From Myxococcota bacterium (GTDB lineage: Bacteria > Myxococcota_A > UBA796 > CAJQPC01), in contig DASCPX010000129.1 in assembly GCA_036012755.1 (NCBI GenBank), positions 192,001 through 256,000 of the forward strand: a DNA stretch of 64,000 bases. Reading direction: 5' to 3'. A program made the position numbers and the translations under genes. Below are positions 50,058-61,230 of the stretch, piece after piece. The first letter of the stretch is position 1, and each line of letters starts with the position of its first letter. The notes under the pieces are model-generated. The model saw nothing but the letters and a program-made list of their open reading frames with translations, was not told where the DNA came from and ran no database searches.

Positions 50058-51707
50058 ATGGCCCGCTTGATCTTCTTCCACGGCCAGGAACGCATGATCG
50101 AGTACAAACTCAACCAGGTGCGGACATCGATCGGACGCGCGGACAACTGTGACATCCTGGTTCCGGGCAACTTCGTGAGCCGCACCCACTGCATCATCGA
50201 TCACCGTGACGGACAGTTCACGCTCCGGGATCGGAGCAGGCACGGGACCTTCGTCAACGGCGAGCGCATCGATAAGCTGAGCATGCTCGCAGAGAAGGAC
50301 GAGGTCGGGATCGGGGACTATCGCCTGGTGTTCAGTCGGGAGATCGAGGCCCCTGCCCCGACGGCCAAGGTCCGTGGCGTCACTCTGCCGAACGTGCAGC
50401 TGGTCGCGACGGATGGAGGCCTGGTGGTCGAGCAGGTCGTGCTCATCGTCGACGAGGGGCCGGCCGAAGGCACACGGATTCCCATCACCCGCACCCCCTC
50501 CCGCCTCGGCGGTCCCAGCGGTACGGACGCCGTCATCATCGAGGATCCGGATCTGTGTGCCGACCACTTCACGATCGAGGTGATTCGGGGGCGGGCCATC
50601 ATCGTGCCTGGACGGGGAGCGGTCATCATCGACGGGGAGCGACTCACGCAGCCGATGCCGGTCTACCTGGGCGAGGCCCTCCGCGCAGGCAACACGGTCT
50701 TTCGACTCGAGAGCGAGGTCGTCAACGACGAGACCATTCGCGGCAGCTTCGGGGACATGGTCGGCGAGGCGGACGTGTCCCGCCGCATGTTCGGGGTGCT
50801 GCGGCGCATGGCGGCCCACAACGCGCCGGTGCTGCTCTTTGGCGAGTCCGGGACTGGAAAGGAGCTGGCGGCGAAGGGCCTGCACCTCAACTCACGCCGA
50901 GCTGAGAACCCCTTCGTAGCGATCAACTGTGGCGCGATCACAGAGGCGCTGTTCGAGAGTGAGCTCTTCGGGCACGAAAAGGGTGCATTCACGGGCGCTG
51001 CGTCACGCACCAACGGTGCCTTTCATCGGGCGGACGGCGGGACGCTGTTCCTCGACGAGATCGGCGAGATCCCAGAGGCCTGCCAGGCCAAGCTGCTCCG
51101 GACCCTGGAGTCTGGCGAGGTCCGCCGGGTAGGCGGTGGCGAGGTGCAGTACCCGGATGTCCGCATCGTCGTCGCGACCAACAAGAACCTGGAAGACATG
51201 GTCGCCTCCGGGACCTTCAGGCGTGATCTGTTCTTCCGGCTCGCGGTCCTCGCGGTCCGGCTGCCGTCGCTCCGCGCACGCATCGAGGATCTCCCACTGC
51301 TCGCCAGGGTGATCTGCAAGACCCTTGGACCGGACGTGCGGGTCACCGACGATGCCCTCAAGGTGCTCGCCCGACACGCCTTCCCGGGCAACGTCCGCGA
51401 GCTTCGCAACGTGCTGACGCGGGCGGTCGTGCTCGGTGGACCGATCATCCACCCGCAGGCAGTGAGCTTCAGCCCCTGGGGCTTCGACGCCGTCCCCGAG
51501 CCCCCGCCCACGGAGGGGCCGGATGCCTTGGAGGACGCCGAGCGGCGGGTGTTGCTGGATGCGCTCACCCGCCACTCGGGGAATCGCTCGGCCGCCGCTC
51601 GGGACCTTGGCATCGCTCGCTCGACGTTGCTCTACAAGATGCGCCGGCTCGGCATGGAGGAGCTCTTCAAGACCAGCCAGCGGGGCGGCGGCAAGGACCG
51701 GGGATAG
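50058..51707 (+). CDS. Sigma54 enhancer-binding protein with N-terminal FHA domain(s)
   Basis: FHA motifs IGR, VSRTH and SRHGTFVNG, and a second degenerate FHA. AAA motifs [14 protein letters not shown] and FLDEIG, then a Fis-type HTH. Confidence 0.92.
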   Translation: MARLIFFHGQERMIEYKLNQVRTSIGRADNCDILVPGNFVSRTHCIIDHRDGQFTLRDRSRHGTFVNGERIDKLSMLAEKDEVGIGDYRLVFSREIEAPAPTAKVRGVTLPNVQLVATDGGLVVEQVVLIVDEGPAEGTRIPITRTPSRLGGPSGTDAVIIEDPDLCADHFTIEVIRGRAIIVPGRGAVIIDGERLTQPMPVYLGEALRAGNTVFRLESEVVNDETIRGSFGDMVGEADVSRRMFGVLRRMAAHNAPVLLFGESGTGKELAAKGLHLNSRRAENPFVAINCGAITEALFESELFGHEKGAFTGAASRTNGAFHRADGGTLFLDEIGEIPEACQAKLLRTLESGEVRRVGGGEVQYPDVRIVVATNKNLEDMVASGTFRRDLFFRLAVLAVRLPSLRARIEDLPLLARVICKTLGPDVRVTDDALKVLARHAFPGNVRELRNVLTRAVVLGGPIIHPQAVSFSPWGFDAVPEPPPTEGPDALEDAERRVLLDALTRHSGNRSAAARDLGIARSTLLYKMRRLGMEELFKTSQRGGGKDRG

Positions 51708-51715
51708 CCCCGGCC

Positions 51716-52219
51716 TCAGGTGACAGCGATGGCACCTACGGCTGCGAGGGTGCCGATGCCCACGACGGCGACGTCCTCGAGCAAGCTCAGGAAGGGGTTG
51801 GCGGTGCCGGCGGTCGTGGTCGTGCTGCCCGCGCGAATCGTGGCCTTGCTGGTGTGGGCGGCGCCGGCGATGAGCGTGCCGCCGGCGAGTCCGAAGACGC
51901 AGGCGACGAGGGGATCCGCGCCGGCGAGGATGGCTCCGCCGACCAGGGCGCCCGCGGCGGGGCGAAGGAGCGTTCCAACGGTGTCCATGGCGTTGTCGAC
52001 CACGGGGATCTTGTCGGCGACGATCTCCATCACCGTGGCGATGCCGAAGCAGATCAGGGCGACCGGGCTCGCCATCCAGCTCAGCGCGTCGGGCAGATCC
52101 AACAGACCCGCCAGGCCGAGCCCCGAGACGATGCCCAGGGGAAGGAAGGCGCGGAGGCCGCAAGTTGCCGAGAGCATGAGGCCGAGGACGACGGCGGCGA
52201 TGGTCTGAAACGGATCCAT
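51716..52219 (-). CDS. DUF4126 membrane protein
   Basis: CGLRAFLPL, EIVADKIPVVDNAMD and NPFLSLLED motifs. Confidence 0.85.
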   Translation of the reverse strand: MDPFQTIAAVVLGLMLSATCGLRAFLPLGIVSGLGLAGLLDLPDALSWMASPVALICFGIATVMEIVADKIPVVDNAMDTVGTLLRPAAGALVGGAILAGADPLVACVFGLAGGTLIAGAAHTSKATIRAGSTTTTAGTANPFLSLLEDVAVVGIGTLAAVGAIAVT

Positions 52220-52262
52220 GGGGACCTCCCGCGCCTGCTACGCGCGTGGGGGTGTCCTTGTT

Positions 52263-52502
52263 TCAACTGGCCCCGAAGGCATCCAGGATGCGGAGCAGCG
52301 CCGAGTTCTCCCAGGAGCCGATTGGCTCGTCCTGGCGTTTCCTGGCCAGGACCCAGGCATCCCAGGCCCACACGGGGTTCAGGACACCGCATGTGACGCA
52401 GGCCAGCAGGGTGATCCAGATGCCCTTGTTGCGCTGACCCAGGTAGATGTGGCCCACTCCCCCGAGCAGCAGCCCCAGGACCGCGGCGAGCGCGGGGGAC
52501 AG
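52263..52502 (-). CDS. Small TM2-like membrane protein
   Basis: SPALAAVLGLLLGGVGHIYLGQRNKG. Homology extends upstream of the called GTG 52457, so the start is uncertain (CTG 52502). Confidence 0.6.
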   Translation of the reverse strand: MSPALAAVLGLLLGGVGHIYLGQRNKGIWITLLACVTCGVLNPVWAWDAWVLARKRQDEPIGSWENSALLRILDAFGAS

Positions 52503-52521
52503 CCCGGGTTTCGCCTGGAGC

Positions 52522-54324
52522 TCAGTCGTCCCAGGCCCGCTTCTTCCGGATCAGGCGGGCGCTGCGTCCCGTGGAGACCAGCGCGCCCTCTTGCCCGGTG
52601 AAGATCTCTGCGGCGTTGGCCTCGTCCGTGTCGATGTGCATCTCGAGCGCGTAGCTCGCCTTTACGCGGATCAGCACGTCGCCGAAGACAAGGTCGCGAC
52701 TCTCTGTGTCGACTGCCACATCGACGACGTCGCGGTCCTTCACCCCGAAGAGCTCTGCGTCCGCGGGCGTCATGTGGATGTGGCGTCGCGCACAGATCAG
52801 CCCCTCCTTCAGTGTGAGCCGGCCTGCGGGGCCGATCAGCGTGACACCGGGGCTGTTCTTCGTGTCCCCGGAGTTGCGCACCGGGGCGTCGATGCCGAGG
52901 TAGAACTCGTCGGTCCTGCTGACCTCGACCTGGTCGCCGCTGCGGGTGGGGCCGAGCACCCTGACGCCCTCCAGGCTGCGCTTCGGACCGACCACGGTGA
53001 GGCGTTCTTTGCAGGCGAACTGGCCTGGCTGCGACAGGGGACTGTGAGGGGTGAGCTGGTGGCCTTCGCCGAAGAGGGCGTCGACGCTCTGCTGGGTCAG
53101 GTGGATGTGGCGTGCCGAGACGCCGATGGGGATGCCCCCCACCCCCGAGGGCAGCTGGTCCCGACCCTCTGCCAGCGCGGTGGTCTGGCGGGCGATCTCG
53201 GCCTCTTCGTCGGTCTTCACGACGAGCACCTTCACCCGCGAGTGGTAGTGGCTGATCTCGTAGACCGGCTCGTCGCGGGACACCTTGGCGTCCCGGTTCC
53301 GGTCCTCGTCGAGGCGAGCACCGAGGAAGTCCAGGCGCTGGCAGGCCCGGTGCCGTACGAGGGCGCTGTTCTCTCCGATGCCGGCGGTGAAGACGATGGC
53401 GTCGACGCCGCCCATCACCGTCGCGAGGGCGCCGATGTGCTTGCGGAGCCGATGCGTGAGGACGTGGAGCGCCATCCGGCAGCGCTCGTCACCATCCGCC
53501 GCCCGCTCTTCGATGTCGCGGAGGTCATTGCCGACGCAGGACAGCCCCGCCAGGCCGCTCTCGCGATTCAGGAGTCGGTCGGTCTCGTCCACGCCCAGCG
53601 CGCGCGCGAGCTCCAGGACGACGCCGGCGTCGAGGTCCCCGCAGCGGGTGCCCATGACGAGGCCCTCGAGCGGGGTCATGCCCATGGTGGTCTCGACGCT
53701 GCGTCCGTACTCGACCGCGGCAGCGCTGGCGCCGTTGCCGAGGTGGCAGGTGATGACGCGGATGTCCCCCAGGGGCTGACCGAGGTGGTCCGCGGCGGCC
53801 CTGGAGACGTAGGCGTGGGAGGTGCCGTGGAAGCCGTAGCGCCGGATGCCGCGCTCCTCTGCCAGGGCAGCTGGCAAGGCGTACATCCGCGCCCGCCTGG
53901 GCAGCGTGTTGTGGAAGGCCGTGTCGAAGACGGCGACATGGGGCAGATCGGGCAGGAGCCGCCGAGCAGCTCGAATGCCCGCGAGGTTCGCCGGGTTGTG
54001 GAGCGGGGCCAGCGGGAAGAGGCTCTCGATGGCGTCCTCGACCTCTGTGTCGATCAGGGTCGGGCGGACGAAGCGCTCGCCGCCGTGCACCACTCGATGA
54101 CCCACCGCCGAGATCGACAGGCCCTCGACCAGCTCCGGGAGGGCGCCGGCGAGGACAGCCGCGTGATCCGCTCCCGGGGCCTCTGTCATCGCCGAGCCGA
54201 TTCGCCACAAGGCGCTGTCGGTGCCGAGGCGCTCGGCGCGCAGTGAGGCCTGGCGACGACCCTCGGGATCGAGGACATCGGCCTTCAGACTCGAGCTACC
54301 GCAATTCAGGACCAGGACGTGCAC
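52522..54324 (-). CDS. ackA: Acetate/propionate kinase fused to PduL phosphate acyltransferase
   Basis: AckA motifs LNCGSSS, GHRVVHGG, LAPLHN, FDTAFH, YGFHG, HLGNG and FTAGIGEN. PduL motifs VSARHIHL, RRHIHM and MHIDTDEANAA. Confidence 0.92.
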   Translation of the reverse strand: MHVLVLNCGSSSLKADVLDPEGRRQASLRAERLGTDSALWRIGSAMTEAPGADHAAVLAGALPELVEGLSISAVGHRVVHGGERFVRPTLIDTEVEDAIESLFPLAPLHNPANLAGIRAARRLLPDLPHVAVFDTAFHNTLPRRARMYALPAALAEERGIRRYGFHGTSHAYVSRAAADHLGQPLGDIRVITCHLGNGASAAAVEYGRSVETTMGMTPLEGLVMGTRCGDLDAGVVLELARALGVDETDRLLNRESGLAGLSCVGNDLRDIEERAADGDERCRMALHVLTHRLRKHIGALATVMGGVDAIVFTAGIGENSALVRHRACQRLDFLGARLDEDRNRDAKVSRDEPVYEISHYHSRVKVLVVKTDEEAEIARQTTALAEGRDQLPSGVGGIPIGVSARHIHLTQQSVDALFGEGHQLTPHSPLSQPGQFACKERLTVVGPKRSLEGVRVLGPTRSGDQVEVSRTDEFYLGIDAPVRNSGDTKNSPGVTLIGPAGRLTLKEGLICARRHIHMTPADAELFGVKDRDVVDVAVDTESRDLVFGDVLIRVKASYALEMHIDTDEANAAEIFTGQEGALVSTGRSARLIRKKRAWDD

Positions 54325-54363
54325 GACTCACCCTCCGATGGACAAGTGATAAGTACTTGCCCG

Positions 54364-55215
54364 GTGGACTACCAGCCCCCATCCGAGCTCGAGATCCGAA
54401 TCTACCGGCGGCTGCTGAAGCCCTGGCGCACGCTGCTGGATCCCCAGTTCCTGAACATGGACCGGATCCCGACCCAGAGCCCTGGGCCGCTCTTGTTCAT
54501 CGGGAACCACACGCTCTACGGCCTGCTGGATGTCCCCCATCTCTACATGGAGCTCCTCCAGAACCACGGCATCGCCTTGCGCTCGATGGGGGACCACGCG
54601 CACTTCCGCATGCCCGGGTGGAGTGAGTTCCTTCAGCGTTTCGGCGCGGTCGACGGCACGCCAGAGGTCTGCGACGACCTCCTCGGCAAGGGCGAGGCCG
54701 TCCTCATCTTCCCCGGTGGCGCGCGCGAGGTCGCCAAGCGCAAGGGCGAGAAGTACACGCTGGTGTGGAAGGAGCGCTTCGGCTTCGTGAAGGCCGCCAT
54801 CCGGCACGGCTGCACCATCATCCCCTTCGCGATGCTCGGCGGCGACGACGCCTGGGACATCGTCTGGGACGCAGAGGACCTCCAGGAGAGCCCCTTCGCC
54901 GGCCTCGTGAACGCCTGCTACGAGGCCTTCGACGTGCCCCTGGACTCCATGGTCCCCATCGCAAAGGGCCTTGGCCCCTCGATGCTGCCCAAGCCGGTGC
55001 GGCTGTACTTCTCCTTGGCCGAGCCCATCGACGCCCGGGCCTGGGCCGGACGCGAGGACGACCAGGGAGCCCTCACAGAGCTCCGGGACCTCGTCGCCGA
55101 TGGGATCTACGGCGAGCTCGACCGGCTCGTCGTCCAGCGGAAGTGGGATCCGCCGGTGTCCTTGAGACGACGGCTCATCGAGCGGCTGTTGCGCTCCCGG
55201 ATCGGCAGGCGCTGA
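54364..55215 (+). CDS. Lysophospholipid/DGAT-like acyltransferase
   Basis: GNHTLYGLLD, FPGGARE and RFGFVKAA motifs. Start uncertain (54346 or 54364). Confidence 0.85.
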   Translation: MDYQPPSELEIRIYRRLLKPWRTLLDPQFLNMDRIPTQSPGPLLFIGNHTLYGLLDVPHLYMELLQNHGIALRSMGDHAHFRMPGWSEFLQRFGAVDGTPEVCDDLLGKGEAVLIFPGGAREVAKRKGEKYTLVWKERFGFVKAAIRHGCTIIPFAMLGGDDAWDIVWDAEDLQESPFAGLVNACYEAFDVPLDSMVPIAKGLGPSMLPKPVRLYFSLAEPIDARAWAGREDDQGALTELRDLVADGIYGELDRLVVQRKWDPPVSLRRRLIERLLRSRIGRR

Positions 55216-55284
55216 ACGGGGGCGCCGGTTGTCGGCATTCGCCGCTTGGATGGGCTAGATTACGCGCCAGCCAGGAGACCGGCC

Positions 55285-57612
55285 ATGTCCATCGTCAGTT
55301 CGTTGCTGCTCCTCCCGCTGCTCGGCTGTGATCCCAGCAGCAAGGACCTCGATGGTGACGGATTCGTCGGGGCAGAAGACTGCGACGACGACGACGCGGC
55401 GGTGCACCCGGACGCGGACGAGGTCTGCGACGGCATCGACAACAACTGCACCGGAGCGCTGGACGGGGGTGACGCCACCGACGCGACCCTCTGGTACGCG
55501 GACGCAGATGGTGACGGCTACGGGGGCGACGCGTTGACTGCGCTCGGGTGTGCCCAGCCCGAGGGCTACCTCGCCGAGCTCGAGGACTGCGACGACCTCG
55601 ACGCCTCCGTGAACCCCGACGGCTCCGAGCTCTGCGACGGCGTCGACAACGACTGTGACGGGTTGGTCGACGACGACGATGACAGCGTCGATCTCTCCAG
55701 CGCCACCCTGTGGTACGCCGACGGCGACGGTGACGGCTACGGCACTGACGAGACGGTCGAGGCTTGTGGTCAGCCAGAGGACTACGCGCCGGAGGGTGGT
55801 GACTGCGACGACGAGGACGCCGATGTCTCGCCAGCGAACGAGTGGTACGCGGACCGCGACGGTGACGGCTTCGGCGACGACGAGACGGTCGAGACAGCCT
55901 GCGAAGGCCCCACCGGCTTCATCGACGTGGCGGGGGACTGCAACGACGTCGACCCGGCGATCAACCCCGACGCCACAGAGGTCTGTGGGGGCGAGGACGA
56001 GGACTGTGACGGGCTCGTCGACGACGACGACGACAGCACGGACCCGAGCAGCCGCACGGACTGGTATCGGGACGACGACGCAGACGGCTACGGCGACGAG
56101 GACGGCGCCGCCGCGGCCCAGTGCGAGGCGCCGGAGAGCTGGGTCGGAAACAGCGACGACTGTGACGACACCAGCGCTGACGTGAGCCCGGCGGAGACGG
56201 AGATCTGCGACGACGGCGTCGACAACGACTGCTCCGGCGACTCCCCCGAGTGCGGCATCCAGGGTGAGCTCGACGTCAGCGCCGCCGACATCACCATCAC
56301 CAACACCGGTTCCCAGTACGACTACTTCGGTCGGAGCATGGCGGTGGCCGACTTCGACGGGGACGGGAGCGCAGATGTGGCAGCCAGCGCCTATGGCTAT
56401 GACGGCTCAGCCGGCAACGCGAGCGGTGGGGTCTATGTCTTCAGCGGGCCCACGACCTCGATTGACGCCTCGGCGGCAGACGCGCTGCTCGAGGGCGAGG
56501 ACAGCTCGAACTACCTGGGTCTGGCAGGTCTGGCCGCGGCGGACTTCGACCAGGATGGCTACGACGACCTCGTGATGGGGGCCTACGGAAACGACGACGC
56601 GGCAGCGAACGCCGGAGCCCTGTACATCGCCTACGGTTCCGCCAGCGGCACCTCCAGCGGCAGCGTGGACGGTCTCGCCCAGCTGACCGGAAACGGCAGC
56701 GGCGACGATCTCGGCTACAGCGTCGCCTACGCCGGGGACATCGACGGCGACACCTTCCCGGACTTCGTCGCGGGCGCGCCATTCGACGACGACGAGGGCT
56801 CGAGCTCCGGCTCGCTCTTCCTGGTGCTCGGCTCCGGTACGCGCCTCAGCGGCACCACCAACATCAGCAGTGAGGCGGTGGCCCAGTGGACCGGCTCCGA
56901 CACCTACCACTACGTCGGCCACATCGGCTCGGGCGGAGAGGCGGGTGATCTCGACGGTGACGGCTTCGACGAGCTCGTCATCGGCGCCGGTGATGCCTAC
57001 TCCGACTACGGCGGTGTCTTCCTCCACTACGGCTCGGGGACGGTCGGCTCCGGCACGATCGACGACGCTGACGCCGGCTTCCAGGGGGCGGCCCTGTACG
57101 GCTACTTCGGGGATGCCTGGGCCAGCACCGGCGATCTCGACGACGACGGCTACGCCGACATGCTCGTCGGCGCCTACCTCGACGACGGCGGCGGCACGGC
57201 CTACGTCCTCGCAGGCAGCACGACGGCGTACTCGGGCGAGTACGAGATCGTCGACGCGGCCTGGGCCTCGTTCCTGGGCGACACCTACTACGACAGCGTC
57301 GGGTCGTCGGTCGCCGCTGGGGACCTCGACGGTGACGGTGACGACGACCTGGCGATCGGCGCGCCCCTCACGGACGCCGACGGCAGCAACGACGGCACGA
57401 TCTACGTCTTCTACGGGCCGCTCTCCGGCGGAGAGCAGGAGGCCGCCGACGCGGACGCCACGATCGACGGTGACGAGTGCTACCTCGGCTATCGGGGCTC
57501 GCTCGAACTGTACGACGTCAGCGGCGACGGCATCGATGATGTCGTGGTCGGTGGCTACCAGGCGAACAGCTCCTACGGCGCCGCCTACATCTTCAACGGG
57601 CAAGGCATGTAG
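55285..57612 (+). CDS. MopE-like repeat lipoprotein with FG-GAP (integrin alpha-like) propeller
   Basis: LLGC lipobox, DCDD repeats, then repeated GD.DGDG..D..GA units. Confidence 0.88.
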   Translation: MSIVSSLLLLPLLGCDPSSKDLDGDGFVGAEDCDDDDAAVHPDADEVCDGIDNNCTGALDGGDATDATLWYADADGDGYGGDALTALGCAQPEGYLAELEDCDDLDASVNPDGSELCDGVDNDCDGLVDDDDDSVDLSSATLWYADGDGDGYGTDETVEACGQPEDYAPEGGDCDDEDADVSPANEWYADRDGDGFGDDETVETACEGPTGFIDVAGDCNDVDPAINPDATEVCGGEDEDCDGLVDDDDDSTDPSSRTDWYRDDDADGYGDEDGAAAAQCEAPESWVGNSDDCDDTSADVSPAETEICDDGVDNDCSGDSPECGIQGELDVSAADITITNTGSQYDYFGRSMAVADFDGDGSADVAASAYGYDGSAGNASGGVYVFSGPTTSIDASAADALLEGEDSSNYLGLAGLAAADFDQDGYDDLVMGAYGNDDAAANAGALYIAYGSASGTSSGSVDGLAQLTGNGSGDDLGYSVAYAGDIDGDTFPDFVAGAPFDDDEGSSSGSLFLVLGSGTRLSGTTNISSEAVAQWTGSDTYHYVGHIGSGGEAGDLDGDGFDELVIGAGDAYSDYGGVFLHYGSGTVGSGTIDDADAGFQGAALYGYFGDAWASTGDLDDDGYADMLVGAYLDDGGGTAYVLAGSTTAYSGEYEIVDAAWASFLGDTYYDSVGSSVAAGDLDGDGDDDLAIGAPLTDADGSNDGTIYVFYGPLSGGEQEAADADATIDGDECYLGYRGSLELYDVSGDGIDDVVVGGYQANSSYGAAYIFNGQGM

Positions 57613-57631
57613 GCCCCTCTCGGAGAGAGAC

Positions 57632-59923
57632 ATGTTTGGAACGACCATCGGGTTGTTGGCGCTCTTGGCTTGCAACCCCGACAACAAGGACCTCGACGAC
57701 GACGGCTTCCTGGGCGCAGAGGACTGCGACGACGACGACGCAGCGGTGAACCCCGACGCCGCAGAGGTCTGTGATGGCGTCGACAACGACTGCGACGGCG
57801 GCATCGACAACGGCGCGACCGACGCGGCGACCTGGTACGCGGACGCAGACGGCGACGGCCACGGGGGCACCTTGACCCTGCTCGGCTGTGAGCAGCCCGC
57901 CCGCTACCTCGAGACCTCGGATGACTGCGATGACCTCGATGCCACGGTCAGCCCGTCGGGCTCCGAGATCTGCGATGGCATCGACAACGACTGCGACGAG
58001 TTGATCGACGGCGACGACGACTCGGTTGATCTGACCAGCGCGGGCACGTGGTACGCGGACATCGACGACGACGGCTACGGGACCGACGACAACAGCTCCG
58101 TCTCCTGCGACCAGCCTGCTGGCTACGTCGCCCTTGGCGGCGACTGCAATGACGACAACTCGAACATCAATCCCGCCACCGAGTGGCACGAGGATCTCGA
58201 CGGCGACGGCTACGGCTCCTCGTACTACTACCTCGAGGCCTGCGAGCCACCGGGCAGCGGCTACGTGCACGACGGGCGAGACTGTGACGACCTCGACGAG
58301 ACGGTGAACCCAGATGGGCTCGAGGTCTGTGACGACTCCGACAACGACTGCGACGGCCTGTGGAACGACGACGACGACAGCGTCGACGTCACCACCATGA
58401 GCGACTGGTTCGTCGACGGTGACGGTGACGGCTACGGCGACGAGGACGCGGCGCCGGTCACCCAGTGCGCTCAGCCCAGCGCCTCGGTGGCCGACAACTC
58501 GGACTGTGACGACACCGAAGCTGGCATGAACCCTGGCGAGGCAGAAGTATGCAACGACGGGGTCGACAACGACTGCAGCGGAGACGCCTCTGAGTGCGGG
58601 CTGGGTGAGTCCGATCTCGGGGACGCGGACGTCAGCGGCGTGGGCGAGGCCACCTCCGACTACTACGGCCGGGACGTCGCGGTGCTGGACTTCGACGGAG
58701 ACGGCGCAAACGACGTCTTCGCCGGTGCCCACGGCAACGACGAGAACGCCAGCTCCGCTGGCCGGGTCTACATCACATACGGACCGATGACCAACCTCGA
58801 CGCAGTCTCGGCGGACGTCACCTTCTCGGGCGACTCCAGCAGCGACTACGCGGGCTGGCGGGTCGAGAGCGCTGGAGACGTCGACGACGACGGCGCTGAC
58901 GACGCCCTCGTCGGGGGCTACTACGCGGGCTACGGCTACGGCGCGGTCTGGCTCGCGTACGGCGGCACGACCAGCGGGGACCTGGACGATCTCGCCGCCG
59001 TCTGGGAGGGCGAGTCCTACCTTGACTACCTGGGTCACGGCATCGCAGGCATCGGGGATTTGAATGCGGATGGCTTCGACGACATCGCGTTCTCGGCTCC
59101 GAGGGACGACACGGACGCCACCAACGGCGGTGTCGTGTTCGTGGTCTATGGCAGCGCCTCGGCGCTGAGCGGGACCCAGGACCTCGGCGACGCTGATCTG
59201 AGCATCTGGGGTCAGACCTCCCAGGGCGACCTGGGCTACGAGATGGGGATCGGGGGTGGCGACCTCGACGGCGATGGCGCCTCCGACCTGGCGATCTCGG
59301 AAGGCTCCAGCTCCGTGGACCCGGGCACGCTCTACCTCTTCTACGGCAGCGCCTCCGCCTCCATCATTTCCCCCGATGACGCGGACGCGTTCTTCGAGGG
59401 TCAGGAGTACTCCTTCGGTCGCAACGCCCAGCTGAGCTACGACTTCGACGATGACGGCTACAACGACCTCGCCGCCGCGGACCGCTACCGCAGCTCCTAC
59501 AGGGGCGCGATCTACGTCTACCAGGGCTCGGCCAGCGGCTTCAGCGGCAGCTACGGCAGCTCGGACGCCTTCGCGGACTTTGGCGGCGACTCCACCTACG
59601 ACTACCTCGGCTACGACGTCTCTGCGGGCGACCTCGACGGGGACGGAGTCACGGATCTCGCGGCCGGGGCCTATGGCGTGGACGACAGCAGCGACTACAG
59701 TCTCGGCGCGGTCTACGTCTTCAGCGGCCCGTTCAGCGGCGGCTCCGTGCTGGCCGCTGACGCCGACGCCTCCGTCCTCGGGGACGAGTCCTACGGCTAC
59801 TTCGGCACCGACGCGGCCGTCGGTGACCTCGACGGCGACGGCACCGACGATCTGCTCAGCGGCGCCAGGGGCATCGACGGCTCCAAGGGCGCCGTGTACG
59901 TGTTCTACGGTGGCGGCATCTGA
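57632..59923 (+). CDS. MopE-like repeat lipoprotein with FG-GAP propeller (tandem paralog)
   Basis: LLAC lipobox; colinear with the upstream gene. Confidence 0.88.
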   Translation: MFGTTIGLLALLACNPDNKDLDDDGFLGAEDCDDDDAAVNPDAAEVCDGVDNDCDGGIDNGATDAATWYADADGDGHGGTLTLLGCEQPARYLETSDDCDDLDATVSPSGSEICDGIDNDCDELIDGDDDSVDLTSAGTWYADIDDDGYGTDDNSSVSCDQPAGYVALGGDCNDDNSNINPATEWHEDLDGDGYGSSYYYLEACEPPGSGYVHDGRDCDDLDETVNPDGLEVCDDSDNDCDGLWNDDDDSVDVTTMSDWFVDGDGDGYGDEDAAPVTQCAQPSASVADNSDCDDTEAGMNPGEAEVCNDGVDNDCSGDASECGLGESDLGDADVSGVGEATSDYYGRDVAVLDFDGDGANDVFAGAHGNDENASSAGRVYITYGPMTNLDAVSADVTFSGDSSSDYAGWRVESAGDVDDDGADDALVGGYYAGYGYGAVWLAYGGTTSGDLDDLAAVWEGESYLDYLGHGIAGIGDLNADGFDDIAFSAPRDDTDATNGGVVFVVYGSASALSGTQDLGDADLSIWGQTSQGDLGYEMGIGGGDLDGDGASDLAISEGSSSVDPGTLYLFYGSASASIISPDDADAFFEGQEYSFGRNAQLSYDFDDDGYNDLAAADRYRSSYRGAIYVYQGSASGFSGSYGSSDAFADFGGDSTYDYLGYDVSAGDLDGDGVTDLAAGAYGVDDSSDYSLGAVYVFSGPFSGGSVLAADADASVLGDESYGYFGTDAAVGDLDGDGTDDLLSGARGIDGSKGAVYVFYGGGI

Positions 59924-61230
59924 CCCTGGTTCCGATCCCGCTCGATCTGCCTCCCCACACGGCCCAGGTCATCGCCGGCGATGTCGACGGTGACGGGCTC
60001 CACGAGGTGGTGCTCGTCGCTCGGGAGCCGCAGGACGGGGCTCCCGACACAGTCACGCTGACGATGGTGCATCTCGGCAGGGATGGACGCATCGAGGGCC
60101 GGGAGGAGGTCGCGCTGGGCAACCGTCTGCAGCGGTTCCATGCCGGGGAGGGAGGCCTCTATATCGAAGACGAACGGGGAGTGTCGCTGGGGGACGAGCG
60201 TCTCGTCGAGGTCCGCGGTGATCTCGTCGGGCTCGGCCCGGGGACCCCTCGGCCGACGAAGATCGTGCGGGATCTCGGCGCGGGCCGATGGGTCGTGCTG
60301 GAGGCGGACGGCTGGCTGCGCGCGACCACCCTCGACGGAGAGCCCCGGGGACAGATCCGCTCTCCAGGCACCGCGGTCCTGGGGAACGACCACAGCCAGG
60401 GCGGAGACACGCGCGAGGTGACCGTGCGCGGCCCCACGACGGCCTGGGCCGACCTCGACGGGGACGGCTTCATCGACGTGCTTCGACCTGGCGGGACCTC
60501 GCTGGGGGTCTTCTTCACCACGCCAGAAGGCATCGGGACGCGCGAGGCCACCTGGGAGCTGCCGTACGAGCTCTTCAGCCGTGACGAGGACGACGACGCA
60601 GAGAACTTCCGCTGGATCACCGACGTGCACTTCTCGGACATCGACGGCGACGGGCGCGACGATCTGCTGGTGCACTTCATCGTGAGCGACTCGGGGTTCT
60701 TTGGGAGCACCGGCGAGATCCAGTGGTTCCTGAACACCGGGGCCGGCTTCGAGGAGCAGCAGACCCTGACCATGGGGTCCGCTTCCGGCGAGAGTTACCT
60801 GCGCGACGTCGACGGGGACGGTGACCGGGACCTGCTCGTCGCCCAGGTCGACATCAGCTTCGCCAACGCCGCCCAGGCGCTGGTGAGCAAGAGCATCACG
60901 GTCCAGTTCGTGGCGTTCGCCTTCGACGAGACCTTCGCGACCGAGCCCCGGGTGCTGCGCGAGGTCCGCGTCTCGCTAGAGAACTTCGACGTCGCCTGGT
61001 CGATGGACGAGGACATCTCGGGCGACGGCATCGAGGACCCGGTGATCTACGAGGACGGCGAGGTCATCGTCTTCGCCAGCGAGGAGGGGGTCTTCGTCGA
61101 GACCCACCGCTGGAGGGTGGCCCACGACGTCAGCGAGCTCACCGTCGCCGATCTCACCGGAGACGGCAGGCCGGAGATCATCGCCTGGGCTCCGGGCGAG
61201 GAGCGCGCGACGATCCTCGTCCTGGACTGA
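59920..61230 (+). CDS. FG-GAP/VCBS repeat protein
   Basis: DLDGDGFID, DIDGDGRDD, DVDGDGDRD and DLTGDGRPE repeats. A further repeat (GDVDGDGLHE) lies upstream of the called GTG 60007, so the start is uncertain. Confidence 0.75.
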   Translation: MTLVPIPLDLPPHTAQVIAGDVDGDGLHEVVLVAREPQDGAPDTVTLTMVHLGRDGRIEGREEVALGNRLQRFHAGEGGLYIEDERGVSLGDERLVEVRGDLVGLGPGTPRPTKIVRDLGAGRWVVLEADGWLRATTLDGEPRGQIRSPGTAVLGNDHSQGGDTREVTVRGPTTAWADLDGDGFIDVLRPGGTSLGVFFTTPEGIGTREATWELPYELFSRDEDDDAENFRWITDVHFSDIDGDGRDDLLVHFIVSDSGFFGSTGEIQWFLNTGAGFEEQQTLTMGSASGESYLRDVDGDGDRDLLVAQVDISFANAAQALVSKSITVQFVAFAFDETFATEPRVLREVRVSLENFDVAWSMDEDISGDGIEDPVIYEDGEVIVFASEEGVFVETHRWRVAHDVSELTVADLTGDGRPEIIAWAPGEERATILVLD

